The notes under the pieces: model-generated
Told to the model about the DNA's origin: nothing
The model's input: the letters and a program-made list of their open reading frames with translations, nothing else
Databases searched by the model: none
Source of the DNA: Mustelus asterias
Taxonomy: Eukaryota
Length of the DNA: 64,000 nucleotides
NCBI RefSeq assembly: GCF_964213995.1
Contig: NC_135808.1
Span: 41,540,001-41,604,000 of the forward strand
Reading direction: 5' to 3'
In this document: piece by piece, positions 25,403-38,039 of the stretch
Position numbering within the stretch: the stretch's first letter is position 1
How the letters are laid out: each line of letters opens with the position of its first letter
Program-made: the position numbers and the translations under genes

Positions 25403-25761
25403 CACTGTCTGTCCAATAGAAACGCCTGCATTTTATTGAGTTCAAGTTTCAAAGTGTGTCAATCAGGTTTCAGGGTTGGATTGCTGACGTTGAAGGTCAG
25501 AGTAGAGGCAGCTTCACTGCATCAAATAAAATGGAAACTAACAGTGCATTGTAATCCGAAATTCTATCCATTTGATAAAATTGGGAAATTGATATTTGGG
25601 AAGTAAGGCCTGGATTAAGTGACAGAACAAATTCAGACAGACAGAGGAGAGTGGTGGTAAATGGGAATTGTTTAGGCCTCTGTTCAAGGAAGAAGTGGAG
25701 AGCGCTCAAACCCCCCTGCTGAGGAATGGAGATGTGGAGGGATTAGAGATCTATGGTTTTT

Positions 25762-26135
25762 TTCATGGAAACATAGAAAAACTACAGCACAAACAGGCCT
25801 TTCGGCCCACAAGTTGTGCCGAACACATCCCTACCTTCTAGACCTACCTATAACCCTCCATCCTATTAAGCTCCATGTACTCATCCAGGGGTCTCTTAAA
25901 ATACCCTATTGAGTTCGCCTCCACCACCACTGATGGCAGCCGATTCCACTCGCCCACCACCCTCTGTGTGAAAAACTTCCCCCTAACATCTCCCCTGTAC
26001 CTACCCCCCAGCACCTTAAACCTGCGTCCTCTCGTAGCAGCCATTTCCACCCTGGGAAAAAGCCTCTGAGAGTCCACCCGATCTATGCCTCTCAACATCT
26101 TATACACCTCTATTAGGTCTCCTCTCATCCTTCAT
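25762..26135 (-). mobile_element. CR1 3' fragment (same subfamily as 29536-33198)
   Basis: MRGDLIEVYKMLRGIDRVDSQRLF; its 3' end matches ~32840-33198. Confidence 0.85.
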
Positions 26136-26138
26136 CTT

Positions 26139-26458
26139 CATAGATTATCATAGAAACCTATAGTGCAGAAGGGGGCCATTCGGCTATCGAATATGTACCG
26201 ACAACAATGCCACGCAGGCCCTATCCCCAAAACCCCATACATTTACTTTAGCTAATCTTCCTGATAGTAAAGGACAATTTAGCATGGCCAATCCACCTAA
26301 CCAGCACATCTTTGGACTGTGGAAGGAAACTGGAGCACACGGAGGGGAACCCACGCAGGCATGGGGGGAATGTGCAAACTCTACACAGATAGTGACCCAA
26401 GCCGGGAATCGAACCCGGGTCCCTGGAGCTGTGAGGCAGCTGTGCTAACCACTGTGCC
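26139..26458 (-). mobile_element. HE1-type SINE
   Basis: Reverse-complement match to the family. Confidence 0.85.
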
Positions 26459-27973
26459 ATGTAGTAAAGAGGAGGCTGTTTGGGCCAGGGAACAGGAAGC
26501 TGTTGATGTGATGTAGGGCATCAGAGGAATTGCGGATGTAGGTGGGAAGGACTGAACAAGAGGAGAGAGGCTGGAGTTAAGATAAGAAGAGTTGAGTTCA
26601 GTGGAGCAGGAACAGGCTCCTGACGGACCTGATGGGCCTACTGGGACAATCCTGTTTATGGATTTTGGAAGGAGGTTGAAGCGGACTCTCCGGGGTTGAT
26701 AGACTATGAGGTTGGAAGCTGTGGAGGAAAGTCACAAAGCCTGAAATTTGTGAATTCAAGTCCTAAATCAGGACTTTGAACATAGAATCTAGACTGTCAC
26801 TGCACTTAGGGAGTGCTGCACTGTTGGAAGTGCTCCCTTTCAGATGAAATGTTAAACTGTGGCCCCGTTGCACTCAGTCTGACATTTTTACGCACCATTT
26901 TGAGGAGCACGAGTGTTCTCCTTGGAGTCCTGACCAATCTTTACTCCAGAATCAACATCAAACCAAAGGGAAGTGTCACATGGTTGTTTGTGGGTGTTTT
27001 CAATGTCTTCATTGGGTGAGAACCAGAACAGCAGGCCAGTAAGTGTAGAGACTGCGGAAAAAAGTGAGACTGAGATAAACAGCGCAGAGTAAGAGCAGGC
27101 AGAGGGAAGCCACAGGACTCAGCAGGACTGTAGGTCTGGAATGTGTTTCCTTCAATGCAAGAAGTATAACAGGTAAGACAGATGAACTCAGAGCCTGGAT
27201 TACTGCATTGAATACAATGTTATTGCAATTACGGACACATGGTTAAAGGAGGGACAAAACTAGCAGCTTAACATTGCGGGATATCATTGTTTTAGACGGG
27301 ACAGAAGGAGAAACAAAAGGGGTGGCGGAGTTGCATTGCTGATTAAGGAGCAGATCACAACTGTATTGAGGGTGGACACATTGGAGAGATTTTGCAGTGA
27401 GCCATTATAGGTGAAGCTCAGGAATAGGAAGGGAGTTGGGACTTTACACCTCCCAACAGCCCGCAGGAGACAGAGGAGCAGTTGTGTTGTCAGGTACTGG
27501 AAAGGTGTGAGAAAAGCAGGGTAGTTGTTGTGGTGACTTTAACTTTCATCATATTGACTGGAAATCCCCTACAGCCAGCGGCTCGGGTTGAGAGCAGTTT
27601 GTTAGATGTGTCAAGGAGGGCTTTTTGATACAGTATGTTGACAATCCAATAAGAGAGAGAGGGGCCATACTAGACTCGGTATTGGGGAATGAGCCAGGTC
27701 AGATGATCGATGTTGCAGTGGGGGAGCATTTTGGGTTCAGCGACCATAATTCCATATGATTTTGGGTAGTCATGGATAAGGACAAGAGTGGCCCTCGGGT
27801 GAGGCTGCTTAATTGGGTGAGGGCCAATTACATTCAAATTAGGCAGGAACTGGGGAATGTGGATTGGGAGCGGCTATTTGAGGGCAAATCCACGTCTGGC
27901 AAGCGGTAGGCTTTTAAAGGCCAGTTTATTGAAGTGCAGGACAGGCATATCCCCGCAAAAATGAAAGATAGGT

Positions 27974-28682
27974 TTTGATTTTTGATTTGATTTATTATTG
28001 TCACATGTATTAACATACAATGAAAAGTATTGTTTCTTGCACGCGATACAGACAAAACATACCGTTCATAGAGAAGGAAACAAGAGAGTGCAGAATGTAG
28101 TGTTACAGTCATAGCTAGGGTGTAGAGAAAGATCAACTTCATGTGAGGTAAGTCCATTCAAAAGTCTGACAGCAGCAGGGAAGAAGCTGTTCTTGGGTCA
28201 GTTGGTACGTGACCTCAGACTTTTATATCTTTTTCCCGAAGGGAGAAGGTGGAAGAGAGAATGTCCGGGGTGCATGGGATCCTTAATTATTCTGGCTGCT
28301 TTGCCGAGGCAGCGGGAAGTGTAGACCGAGTCAATGGATGAGAGGCTGGTTTGTGTGATGGATTGGGCTACATTCACGACCTTTTGTAGTTTCTTGGGCA
28401 GAACAGGAGCCATACCAAGCTGTGATACAATCAGAAAGAATGCTTTCTATGGTCCATCTGTAAAAGTTGGTGAGAGTCGTAGCTGACATGCCAAATTTCC
28501 TTAGTCTTCTGAGAAAGTAGAGGTGTTGGTGGGCTTTCTTAACTATAGTGTTGGCATGCGGGGAGCAGGACAGGTTATTGGTGATCTAGATACCTAAACA
28601 CTTGAAGCTCTCGACCCTTTCTACTTCATCCCCATTGACGTAGGCAGGGGCATGTTCTTCTTTACGCTTCCTGAAGTCGATG
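27974..28682 (-). mobile_element. Rex1/Babar LINE 3' fragment
   Basis: Reverse complement of the 13.7-14.9 kb element, including the (ATCAA)n tail. Confidence 0.85.
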
Positions 28683-29535
28683 AAATGGCAGGATTCGGGA
28701 ACCATTGATGACAAGGGAAATTGTAAGCTTAGTCAAAAGGGAAGCATAGGTCAAGGCATCTAAAAACTGAAGAAGCTCTTGAGTACAGTGAAAATAGGAA
28801 GGAACTTGAACATGGAATTCGGAGGGCTAAAAGGGGCCATGAAGTGTCGTTAACAAACAGGGTCAAGGAGAATCCCAAGGCTTTTTATGCATATATTAGG
28901 AGCAAGAGGGTAGCAAGAGAAAGAGTAGGCCCACTCAAGGACAATGGAGGGAAGTTTTGCGTGGAAGCACAGAAAGTGGGTGAAATTCTTAATGAGTACT
29001 TTGTATCAGTATTCACCAAGGAGGACATGACAGATGCTGAGGTCAGGGATAGGTGTGTGAACACTCGAGAGAATGTCAATATATCAAAGGAAGAAGTGGT
29101 GGACATCCTAAATTGCATTAAGGTCGACAAGTCCCCGGGGCCGGATAGGATCTATCCGAGGTTACTGCGGGAGGCAAGCAGAGAAACAGCTGGGACCTTA
29201 ACAGATATCTTCACATCCTCTTTGACCACAAGTGAGGTTCCATAGGACTGGAGAATGGCCAATGTTGTTCCCTTGTTTAAGAAGAGAGGCAGGGATAATC
29301 CAGGAAATTATAGGCTGGTGAGCCTGACTTCAGTGGTGGGGAAGCTTTTGGAGAAGATACTGAGGGACAGGATACATGCATATTTGGAGGAAAATGGACC
29401 AGTTAGTGACAGGTGGCATGGTTTTGTACAGGGAAGGTCATGTCTCACCAACTTGATTGAGGTTTTTGAAGAGGTGACAAAGATAATAGATGAGGGAAGG
29501 GCTGTGGATGTTGTTTATATGGACTTTAGTAAAGC

Positions 29536-32500
29536 TGATCAGAAATAGTGTCACAGCTGTAGAGAAGGTGTATGCTGTGGAGGGATTGTCTACAGAGTCT
29601 CAGTGGGTGGAAGTTCGGAGTGGGAAGGGGCCGATCACTTTGCTGGGAGTTTTCTATAGGCCGCCCAATAGTGACAGGGAGGTGGAGGAGCAGATAGGGA
29701 AACAGATCCTGGAGAGTTGCAATAATAGCAGAGTTGTTGTGATGGGAGACTTTAATTTCAGTAAGAAGTTTAACAACACCAGGTTAAAGTCCAACAGGTT
29801 TATTTGGTAGCAAAAGCCACACAAGCTTTCGGAGCTGCAAGCCCCTTCTTCAGGTGAGTGGGAATTCTGTTCACAAACAGAGCTTATAAAGACACAGACT
29901 CAATTTACATGAATAATGGTTGGAATGCGAATACTTACAACTAATCAAGTCTTTAAGAAACAAAACAATGTGAGTGGAGAGAGCATCAAGACAGGCTAAA
30001 AAGATGTGTATTGTCTCCAGACAAGACAGCCAGTGAAACTCTGCAGGTCCACGCAACTGTGGGAGTTACAAATAGTGTGACATGAACCCAATATCCCGGT
30101 TGAGGCCGTCCTCGTGTGTGCGGAACTTGGCTATCAGTTTCTGCTCAGCGACTCTGCGCTGTCGTGTGTCGCGAAGGCCGCCTTGGAGAACGCTTACCCG
30201 AATATCAGAGGCCGAATGCCCGTGACCGCTGAAGTGCTCCCCAACAGGAAGAGAACAGTCTTGCCTGGTGATTGTCGAGCGGTGTTCATTCATCCGTTGT
30301 CGCAGCGTCTGCATAGTTTCCCCAATGTACACGACAATAACACACGACAGCGCAGAGTCGCTGAGCAGAAACTGATAGCCAAGTTCCGCACACACAAGGA
30401 CGGCCTCAACCGGGATATTTGTAACTCCCACAGTTGCGTGGACCTGCAGAGTTTCACTGGCTGTCTTGTCTGGAGACAATACACATCTTTTTAGCCTGTC
30501 TTGATGCTCTCTCCACTCCCATTGTTTTGTTTCTTAAAGACTGGATTAGTTGTAAGTATTCGCATTCCAACCATTATTCATGTAAATTGAGTCTGTGTCT
30601 TTATAAATTCTGTTTGTGAACAGAATTCCCACTCACCTGAAGAAGGGGCTTAGAGCCTCGAAAGCTTGTGTGGCTTTTGCTACCAAATAAACCTGTTGGA
30701 CTTTAACCTGGTGTTGTTAAACTTCTTACTGTGTTTACCCCAGTCCAACGCCAGCATCTCCACATCAAGACTTTAATTTCCCAAACATAGATTGGAATAT
30801 CCCTAGGGTAAGGGGATTGGATGGGGAGGAGTTCGTTATGTGTGTTCAGGAGGGTTTCCTGACACAGCATGTGGACAGGCCTACAAGAGGAGAGGCTGTA
30901 CTTGATCTGATACTGACCAATGAGCCTGGACAGGTATCAGATCTCTCAGTGGGAGAGCATCTTGGGGATAGCGATCATAACTCTATCTCCTTTATGCTTG
31001 CATTGGAGAAAGAGAGGATCAGGCAAGCTAGGAAAGTGTTTATATGGAGTAAGGGGAAATATGAAGACATAAGGCAGCAAATTAGAGGAGTAAATTGGAA
31101 GGAGGTATTCTCGGGGAAATCTACTGAAGAGAGGTGGCAGTTTTTCAAGGAATGTCTTTCTAGGGTTCTACAGGACAATGTTCCGAGCAGACAGGGAGGA
31201 GTTGGTAGGTTAAAGGAACCGTGGTGCACGAAAGCTGTGCGGGACCTAGTCGAGAAGAAAAGGAAAGCGTACAAAAGGTTCAGAGAGCTTGGCGAAGATA
31301 GGGATCTAGATGAGTATATGGCTTGTAGGAAGGGACCAAAGAAGGAAATGAGGAGAGCCAGAAGGGGTCACGAGAAGGCCTTGGCAAGTAGAATTAAGGA
31401 AAAACCTAAGGCATTCTATAAATATGTGAAAAGTGAAAGGATGAGACGTGAAGGAATAGGGCCTATAAAAGGTGAAGGTGGGAAAATCAGTATGGAACCA
31501 GTAGAAATGGCAGAGGTGCTTAATGAGTATTTTGCCTCGGTTTTCACCGAGGAGAAGGACATGGGTGGATGTACTGTGGGCTTGCGGTGGACTGAAAAGA
31601 TTGAGTATGTGGACTTTAAGAAAGAGGTTGTGCTGGAATCTTTGAACGGCATCAAGATAGATAAGTCGCCGGGTCCGGAAGGGATGTACCCCAGGTTACT
31701 GTGGGAGACGAGGGAAGAGATTGCGGAGCCTCTGGTGATGATCTTTGCGTCGTCGATGGAGACGGGAGAGGTGCCGGAGGATTGCGGATGTGGTTCCTAT
31801 TTTCAAGAAGGGGAATAGGGATAGCCCAGGAAATTACCGACCGGTGAGTCTAACCTCAGTGGTTGGGAAGCTGATGGAGAAGATCCTGAGGGACAAGATT
31901 TATGAGCATTTAGAGAGGTTTAGTATGCTCAAGAATACTCAGCATGGCTTTGTCAAAGGCAGATCGTGCCTTACGAGCCTGGTGGAGTTCTTCGAAAATG
32001 TGACTAAACACATTGACGAAGGGAAAGCGGTAGATGTGGTTTATATGGATTTTAGCAAGGCGTTCGATAAGGTCCCCCATGCAAGGCTTCTAGAAAAAGT
32101 GAGAGGGCATGGGATCCAAAGGGCTACTGCCCTGTGGATCCAGAACTGGCTTGCCCAAAGGAGGCAGAGAGTGTGTATAGATAGGTCTTTTTCTAATTGC
32201 AGGTCGGTCACCAGTGATGTGCCCCAGGGATCTGTTCTGGGACCCTTGCTGTTTGTCATTTTCATAAATGACCTGGATGAGGAAGTGGAGGGATGGATTG
32301 GTAAGTTTGCCGACGACACGAAGGTTGGTGGGGTTGTGGATAGTCTGGAGGGATGTCAGAAGTTACAGAGGGACATAGATAGGATGCAAGACTGGGCGGA
32401 GAAGTGGCAGATGGACTTCAACCCAGATAAATGCGTAGTGGTCCATTTTGGCAGCTCAAATGGGATGAAGGAGTACAATGTAAAGGGAAAGACTCTTAGT

Positions 32501-33198
32501 ACTGTAGAGGATCAGAAGGACCTTGGGGTCCAGGTCCATAGGACTCTAAAATCGGCCCCGCAGGTGGAGGAGGTGGTTAAGAAGGCGTATGGTATGCTGG
32601 CCTTTATCAATCGAGGGATTCAGTTTAGGAGTCCGGGGATAATGATGCAGCTATATAAGACCCTCGTCAGACCCCACTTGGAGTACTGTGCTCAGTTCTG
32701 GTCGCCTCATTACAGGAAGGATGTGGAAAAGATTGAAAGGGTGCAGAGGAGATTTACAAGGATGTTGCCTGGATTGAGTGGCATGCCTTATGAGGATAGG
32801 CTGAGGGAGCTCGGTCTTTTCTCCTTGGAGAGACGTAGGATGAGAGGAGACCTAATAGAGGTATATAAGATGTTGAGAGGCATAGATCGGGTGGACTCTC
32901 AGAGGCTTTTTCTCAGGGTGGAAATGGCTGCTACAAGAGGACACAGGTTTAAGGTGCCGGGGGGTAGGTACAGGGGAAATGTTAGGGGGAAGTTTTTCAC
33001 ACAGAGGGTGGTGGGCGAGTAGAATCGGCTGCCGTCAGTGGTGGTGGAGGCAAACTCAATAGGGTCTTTTAAGAGACTCCTGGATGAGTACATGGGACTT
33101 AATAGGATGGAGGGTTATAGGTAGCCCTAAAAGGTAGGGATATGTTCGGCACAACTTGTGGGGCCTAAGGGCCTGTTTTTGTGCTGTAGTTTTCTATG
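29536..33198 (+). mobile_element. Young, 5'-truncated CR1 LINE, ORF2 nearly intact
   Basis: YRPP/MGDFN endonuclease; ORFs 30817-31818 and 31745-33022 with QHGF, PQGSVLGP and FADD. Confidence 0.93.
29760..30767. mobile_element. Penelope-like inverted (two-arm) insertion inside a young CR1
   Basis: Minus arm 29760-~30330 reaches YIGET; plus arm ~30341-30730 is followed by the 37-nt tail; 13-bp TSD AGACTTTAATTTC. Confidence 0.92.
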
Positions 33199-33299
33199 TT
33201 TGACAAAGTCCCACATGGCAGACTGATAGAAAAACTAAAATCACATGGGATTCAGAGTGGGCTGGCTAGATGGACACAGAATTGGCTTGGTTATACAAG

Positions 33300-33493
33300 G
33301 TTAAAGTCCAACAGGTTTATTTGGTAGCACAAGCCACTAGCTTTCGGAGTGCTGCTCCTTCATCAGGTAAGTGGGGGAGGGGAGCAGCGCACCGAAAGCT
33401 AGTGGCTTGTGCTACCAAATAAATCTGTTGGACTTTAATCTGGTGTTGTGAGACTTCTGTGTTTACCCCAGTCCAACGCCGGCATCTCCACAT
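33300..33493. mobile_element. Miniature Penelope-derived inverted insertion (pLTR ends, hammerhead, tail; non-coding)
   Basis: Inverted pLTR end followed by a forward pLTR end and the tail ...CATCTCCACATC; TSD CTTGGTTATACAAG at 33286-33299 and 33494-33507. Confidence 0.88.
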
Positions 33494-35324
33494 CTTGGTT
33501 ATACAAGACAGAGAATAGCAGTGGGTGTTTTTCAGAATGGAGAATCTGTAGCTCGTGGTGTTCTGCAGGGTTTCAGTGCTGGGATCTCTGTTGTTTGTAG
33601 TGTATATAAATGATCTGGAGGAAGATGTGGTGATCTGATTCATAAGTTTGCAAATGTCACGAAGATTGGCAGAGTTGCTGATAGTGCCGAGGATTGTCAG
33701 AGGGTAGAAGAGGATTGTAGATAGATTGGAGATTTGGGCACAGAAATGGCAGATGGAGTTTAATCCAGACAAATACGAGGTGATACATTTTGGAGGATCA
33801 AATTTAAGTGTGAATTATACTGTAAATGGTAGAACATTAACATACAGAGGGATCTGGGAGTGCAGGTCCACAGTTCACTAAAAGTGGTAATGCAGGTAGC
33901 CCAGGTGATTTAGAAGGCATATGGTGTGCTTAGCTTCATCAGCCAGGGCAGTGAGTACAGGAGTTGGGAAATCATGTTGCAGCTATATAAAACCTTGGTT
34001 AGGCCGCATTTAGAGTTACTGTATGCAGTTCTGGTTGGCACAGTATCAGAAGGACGTGGAAGCTTTGGAGAGAGTACAAAGAAGGTTCACCAAGATGTTG
34101 CCTGGTCTTGAGGGTGTTGGGTATGAGTACAGGTTGAATAAACTAAGATTGTTTTCACTGGAAAGACGGAGGCTGATGATGACCTGATAGAGTGTCCAAA
34201 ATTATGAGGCATAAACAGGGTAGTTAGAGGCTTTTTCCAAGGGTGGTAGAGTCAATTACAAGAGGGCACAGGTTCAAGGTGAGGGGAGAAAGTTGAAGAG
34301 AGATGTGTGGGGAAGTTTTTCCACACAGAGTGGTGGGTGCCTGGATCGCGCTGCCAGATGAGGTGGAAGCAGGCACACTACCAACATTTACAAGGCATCT
34401 GGATGGGTACATGAATAGGGAGGAAATAGAGGGATACAGACTGAGTGAGGGCAGAAGGATTTTTTTAGTTAGGGCATCATGATCGGAACAGGCTTGCAGG
34501 GCCAAAGGGCCTGTTCCTCTGCTGTACTATTTTTGTTCATTTTGGGGAACAGTTGTTTGAGTTCAGGCTGAGACACTCCCCTCATATCCATTGAGCCAGC
34601 TGGGTGTCTTTGGGCATGATGGTGACTCACTTGGCATAGATGGCACACATTTGGTGTCCCCATAGAGCCCTACCAGGTAAAGCCTTGCAGGAGGCCATTC
34701 AGCCTCAAGTCTGTTTGACCATTCAATGAGATCATGTCTTATTTTACTTTTCATATACATATCACTTGGATAACAATACTATCAATCTAAGATTTGAAAT
34801 CGACAACTAATCAAGCTGTTTGAGAATGGCATTTCCAAACTTGTTTCCAATGCTGACTCTCTCTGATCAGGCTTGTCCAAATGCTCATTTACTCTAGATG
34901 TGAGACTAATAGGTCCATACCTGCCTCATTTATTCCTCCAATTCTTAAATATTGAAGCAACATTGGGGATTTTCTCATTAATTTGAATGTGACAATGCAA
35001 GTGGATCAGGTTTTATTTAATGTATATGTGAACCCCCAGCTTTGCTTCTGCACCACAAAGTGAACACCCCTTTCTATTCTATGTTGCTGACCTTTTCCTC
35101 TTCGTTAGTCACTTTTCAAAGCCTCTAAAATTCAATCTGCACTTTTGTTTGAACTTCAAGTGTCTCGACATCAACCTGCCGCTCCATGTTGTCCTGCAGT
35201 TGAACAGTTTTTATATTTGCACGATTTATTGTTTCTCACTCTAAATTCAGCATTTTCCTTTGTTGATAATGCTTGTGTTTTACTCTGACACCTGCTGCTA
35301 GGATCATACGAATTAAGAGCAGGA

Positions 35325-37940
35325 CACTCAGCCTCTTGAGCCTGCTCAGTCACTAAGATCATGGCTTCTGATTGCAACCTCAACTCCACACTCCTGTCTA
35401 TCCCCAATCCCTTTCACCTCCTTGTTAATCAAGAAGCTATCTAACTCTGCCTTAAAAAGATTCAAAGGTTCTGTTTCCACTGCCTTTTGAAAAGAGAGTT
35501 CCAGAGACTCAAGACCCTATGAGAGAAATACATTTGCCTCAATCTCAGTCTTAAATAGCCTTATTTATCAGTGACCTAGTTCTAGATTCTCCCACAAGAG
35601 GAAACATCCTCTCCACGTATGGTTCAATCAAGTTGTCTTTTACTCTTCTAAACTCTACTGGATACACCTAACCTCTCCAACCTTTTGTCATAAGACAACT
35701 CACCCATTCCTAGTATTAGTCCAGTAAACCTTTTTCTGAACTGCCTGTAAAACATTTACATCTTTCCTTAAACAAGGAAACCAATACTATATACAATATT
35801 CCAGATGTGGTCTCACCAATGCCTTGTACAACTTAAGCATAACCTTCCTATCTTTGTAATTAGTTTCCCTCAAAATAAATGATAACATTCCGTTAGCCTT
35901 CCTACCTGTATATCAGCGTTTTGCAATTCAGGCATCAGCTCTGCAATTTCTCACAATTTAAACAAACTTATTTTTAATTATTTCTGCCAAAAATGGAAAT
36001 TTCACATTTGCCCACATTATACTCCATTTGCCATATCCCTTTGTAACATCCTCAATGTCCACTTTGACACAGATAAGAAAGTAAGCTGCAATGAGCACAT
36101 TTATCAAGATTTATCCATTTATATGAATTGTAAAAAGTTGAGGCCTGAGCACTGATCTATGGTACATCACAAGTCATTCCTGCCAACTAGAAAAAGAGTA
36201 AGAAGTTTAACAACACCAGGTTAAAGTCCAACAGGTTTATTTGGTAGCAAAAGCCACACAAGCTTTCGAGGCTCTAAGCCCCTTCTTCAGGTGAGTGGGA
36301 ATTCTGTTCACAAACAGAATTTATAAAGACACAGACTCAATTTACATGAATAATGGTTGGAATGCGAATACTTACAACTAATCCAGTCTTTAAGAAACAA
36401 AACAATGGGAGTGGAGAGAGCATCAAGACAGGCTAAAAAGATGTGTATTGTCTCCAGACAAGACAGCCAGTGAAACTCTGCAGGTCCACGCAACTGTGGG
36501 AGTTACAAATATTGTGACATGAACCCAATATCCCGGTTGAGGCCGTCCTTGTGTGTGCGGAACTTGGCTATCAGTTTCTGCTCAGCGACTCTGCGCTGTC
36601 GTGTGTCGCGAAGGCCGCCTTGGAGAACGCTTACCCGAATATCAGAGGCCGAATGCCCGTGACCGCTGAAGTGCTCCCCAACAGGAAGAGAACAGTCTTG
36701 CCTGGTGATTGTCGAGCGGTGTTCATTCATGGATGAATGAACACCGCTCGACAATCACCAGGCAAGACTGTTCTCTTCCTGTTGGGGAGCACTTCAGCGG
36801 TCACGGGCATTCGGCCTCTGATATTCGGGTAAGCGTTCTCCAAGGCGGCCTTCGCGACACACGACAGCGCAGAGTCGCTGAGCAGAAACTGATAGCCAAG
36901 TTCCGCACACACAAGGACGGCCTCAACCGGGATATTGGGTTCATGTCACAATATTTGTAACTCCCACAGTTGCGTGGACCTGCAGAGTTTCACTGGCTGT
37001 CTTGTCTGGAGACAATACACATCTTTTTAGCCTGTCTTGATGCTCTCTCCACTCCCATTGTTTTGTTTCTTAAAGACTGGATTAGTTGTAAGTATTCGCA
37101 TTCCAACCATTATTCATGTAAATTGAGTCTGTGTCTTTATAAATTCTGTTTGTGAACAGAATTCCCACTCACCTGAAGAAGGGGCTTAGAGCCTCGAAAG
37201 CTTGTGTGGCTTTTGCTACCAAATAAACCTGTTGGACTTTAACCTGGTGTTGTTAAACTTCTTACTGTGTTTACCCCAGTCCAACGCCGGCATCTCCACA
37301 TCATAACTAGAAAAAGACCCATTTATACCAACTGTTTCCCGTTAGCTAACCAATCTGCAATTCATGCATATATTACCCACTATACCATGAGCTTTTATTT
37401 ACAATAACCTTTGATATGGCACCTTATCAAATGTCTCTAGAAATCCAAGTACAGTATATCTACCAATTCCCCTTTACCCATATTACATGGAACTTCAATA
37501 TTGTTTAAACAGGATTTCCCTTTCACAAAACCATGTTGACTCTGCTTGATTGTTTTGAATTTAAGTGTCTGGTTACAACATTTTCAATCATGGCTTCTAA
37601 ATTTTCCCCATGACGAATGTTAGACCAACTGGCCTGTAGTTTCTCGCTTTGTCTCCCCTTTTGAATAAAGGAGTTATATTTGTTATTTTCTAATCTAATA
37701 GAAACTTGCGAACCTGGGGAATTTTGGAAGATTTAAACCAATGCATCAACCATCTTACGAAGCACTTCTTTCAAGACCCTCGGATGAAATCCATAATGTC
37801 CTGGGGTTTTATCAGCCTGCAATTCCACCAATTTTCTCAAAAGCACTTCCCGATGACTGTAATTTTCTCAACTTCCTCCCTCTCTCCTATTTGATTTACA
37901 GCCTATTTCCGGGATGTTCATTGCCATTCCGACAAGTTTG
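35325..37940 (-). mobile_element. Degenerate CR1 fragment hosting the Penelope palindrome
   Basis: Reverse-strand similarity to CR1 RT and 3' region. Confidence 0.65.
36197..37304. mobile_element. Penelope-like palindromic insertion (534-bp arms, 2-nt spacer, plus tail)
   Basis: Arms 36197-36730 and 36733-37266 are reverse complements (mirror ORFs appear in the ORF track); tail to 37304; 13-bp TSD AACTAGAAAAAGA. Confidence 0.95.
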
Positions 37941-38039
37941 AAATAAATCACACTTTTAATATTAAACACTGAGATACCTGGGAATGTGATTGTTAGAAGA
38001 TTTGAATGTTCCTATTTATACGATGCATTAGACAGAGAC

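Larger units (their letters stand above)
27030..34540 (+). mobile_element. Host CR1 ORF2 remnant carrying nested Rex1, CR1 and Penelope insertions
   Basis: DFSKA at ~29535 rejoins FDKVPH at ~33199 once the nested CR1 is removed. Confidence 0.8.

Noticed and set aside
36308-37155. Repeated small ORFs (MRGPAEFHW..., MCAELGYQF...) suggesting a gene family
   Set aside because: Alternative-frame or antisense readings of Penelope pLTR and endonuclease sequence, repeated only because the element is repeated.
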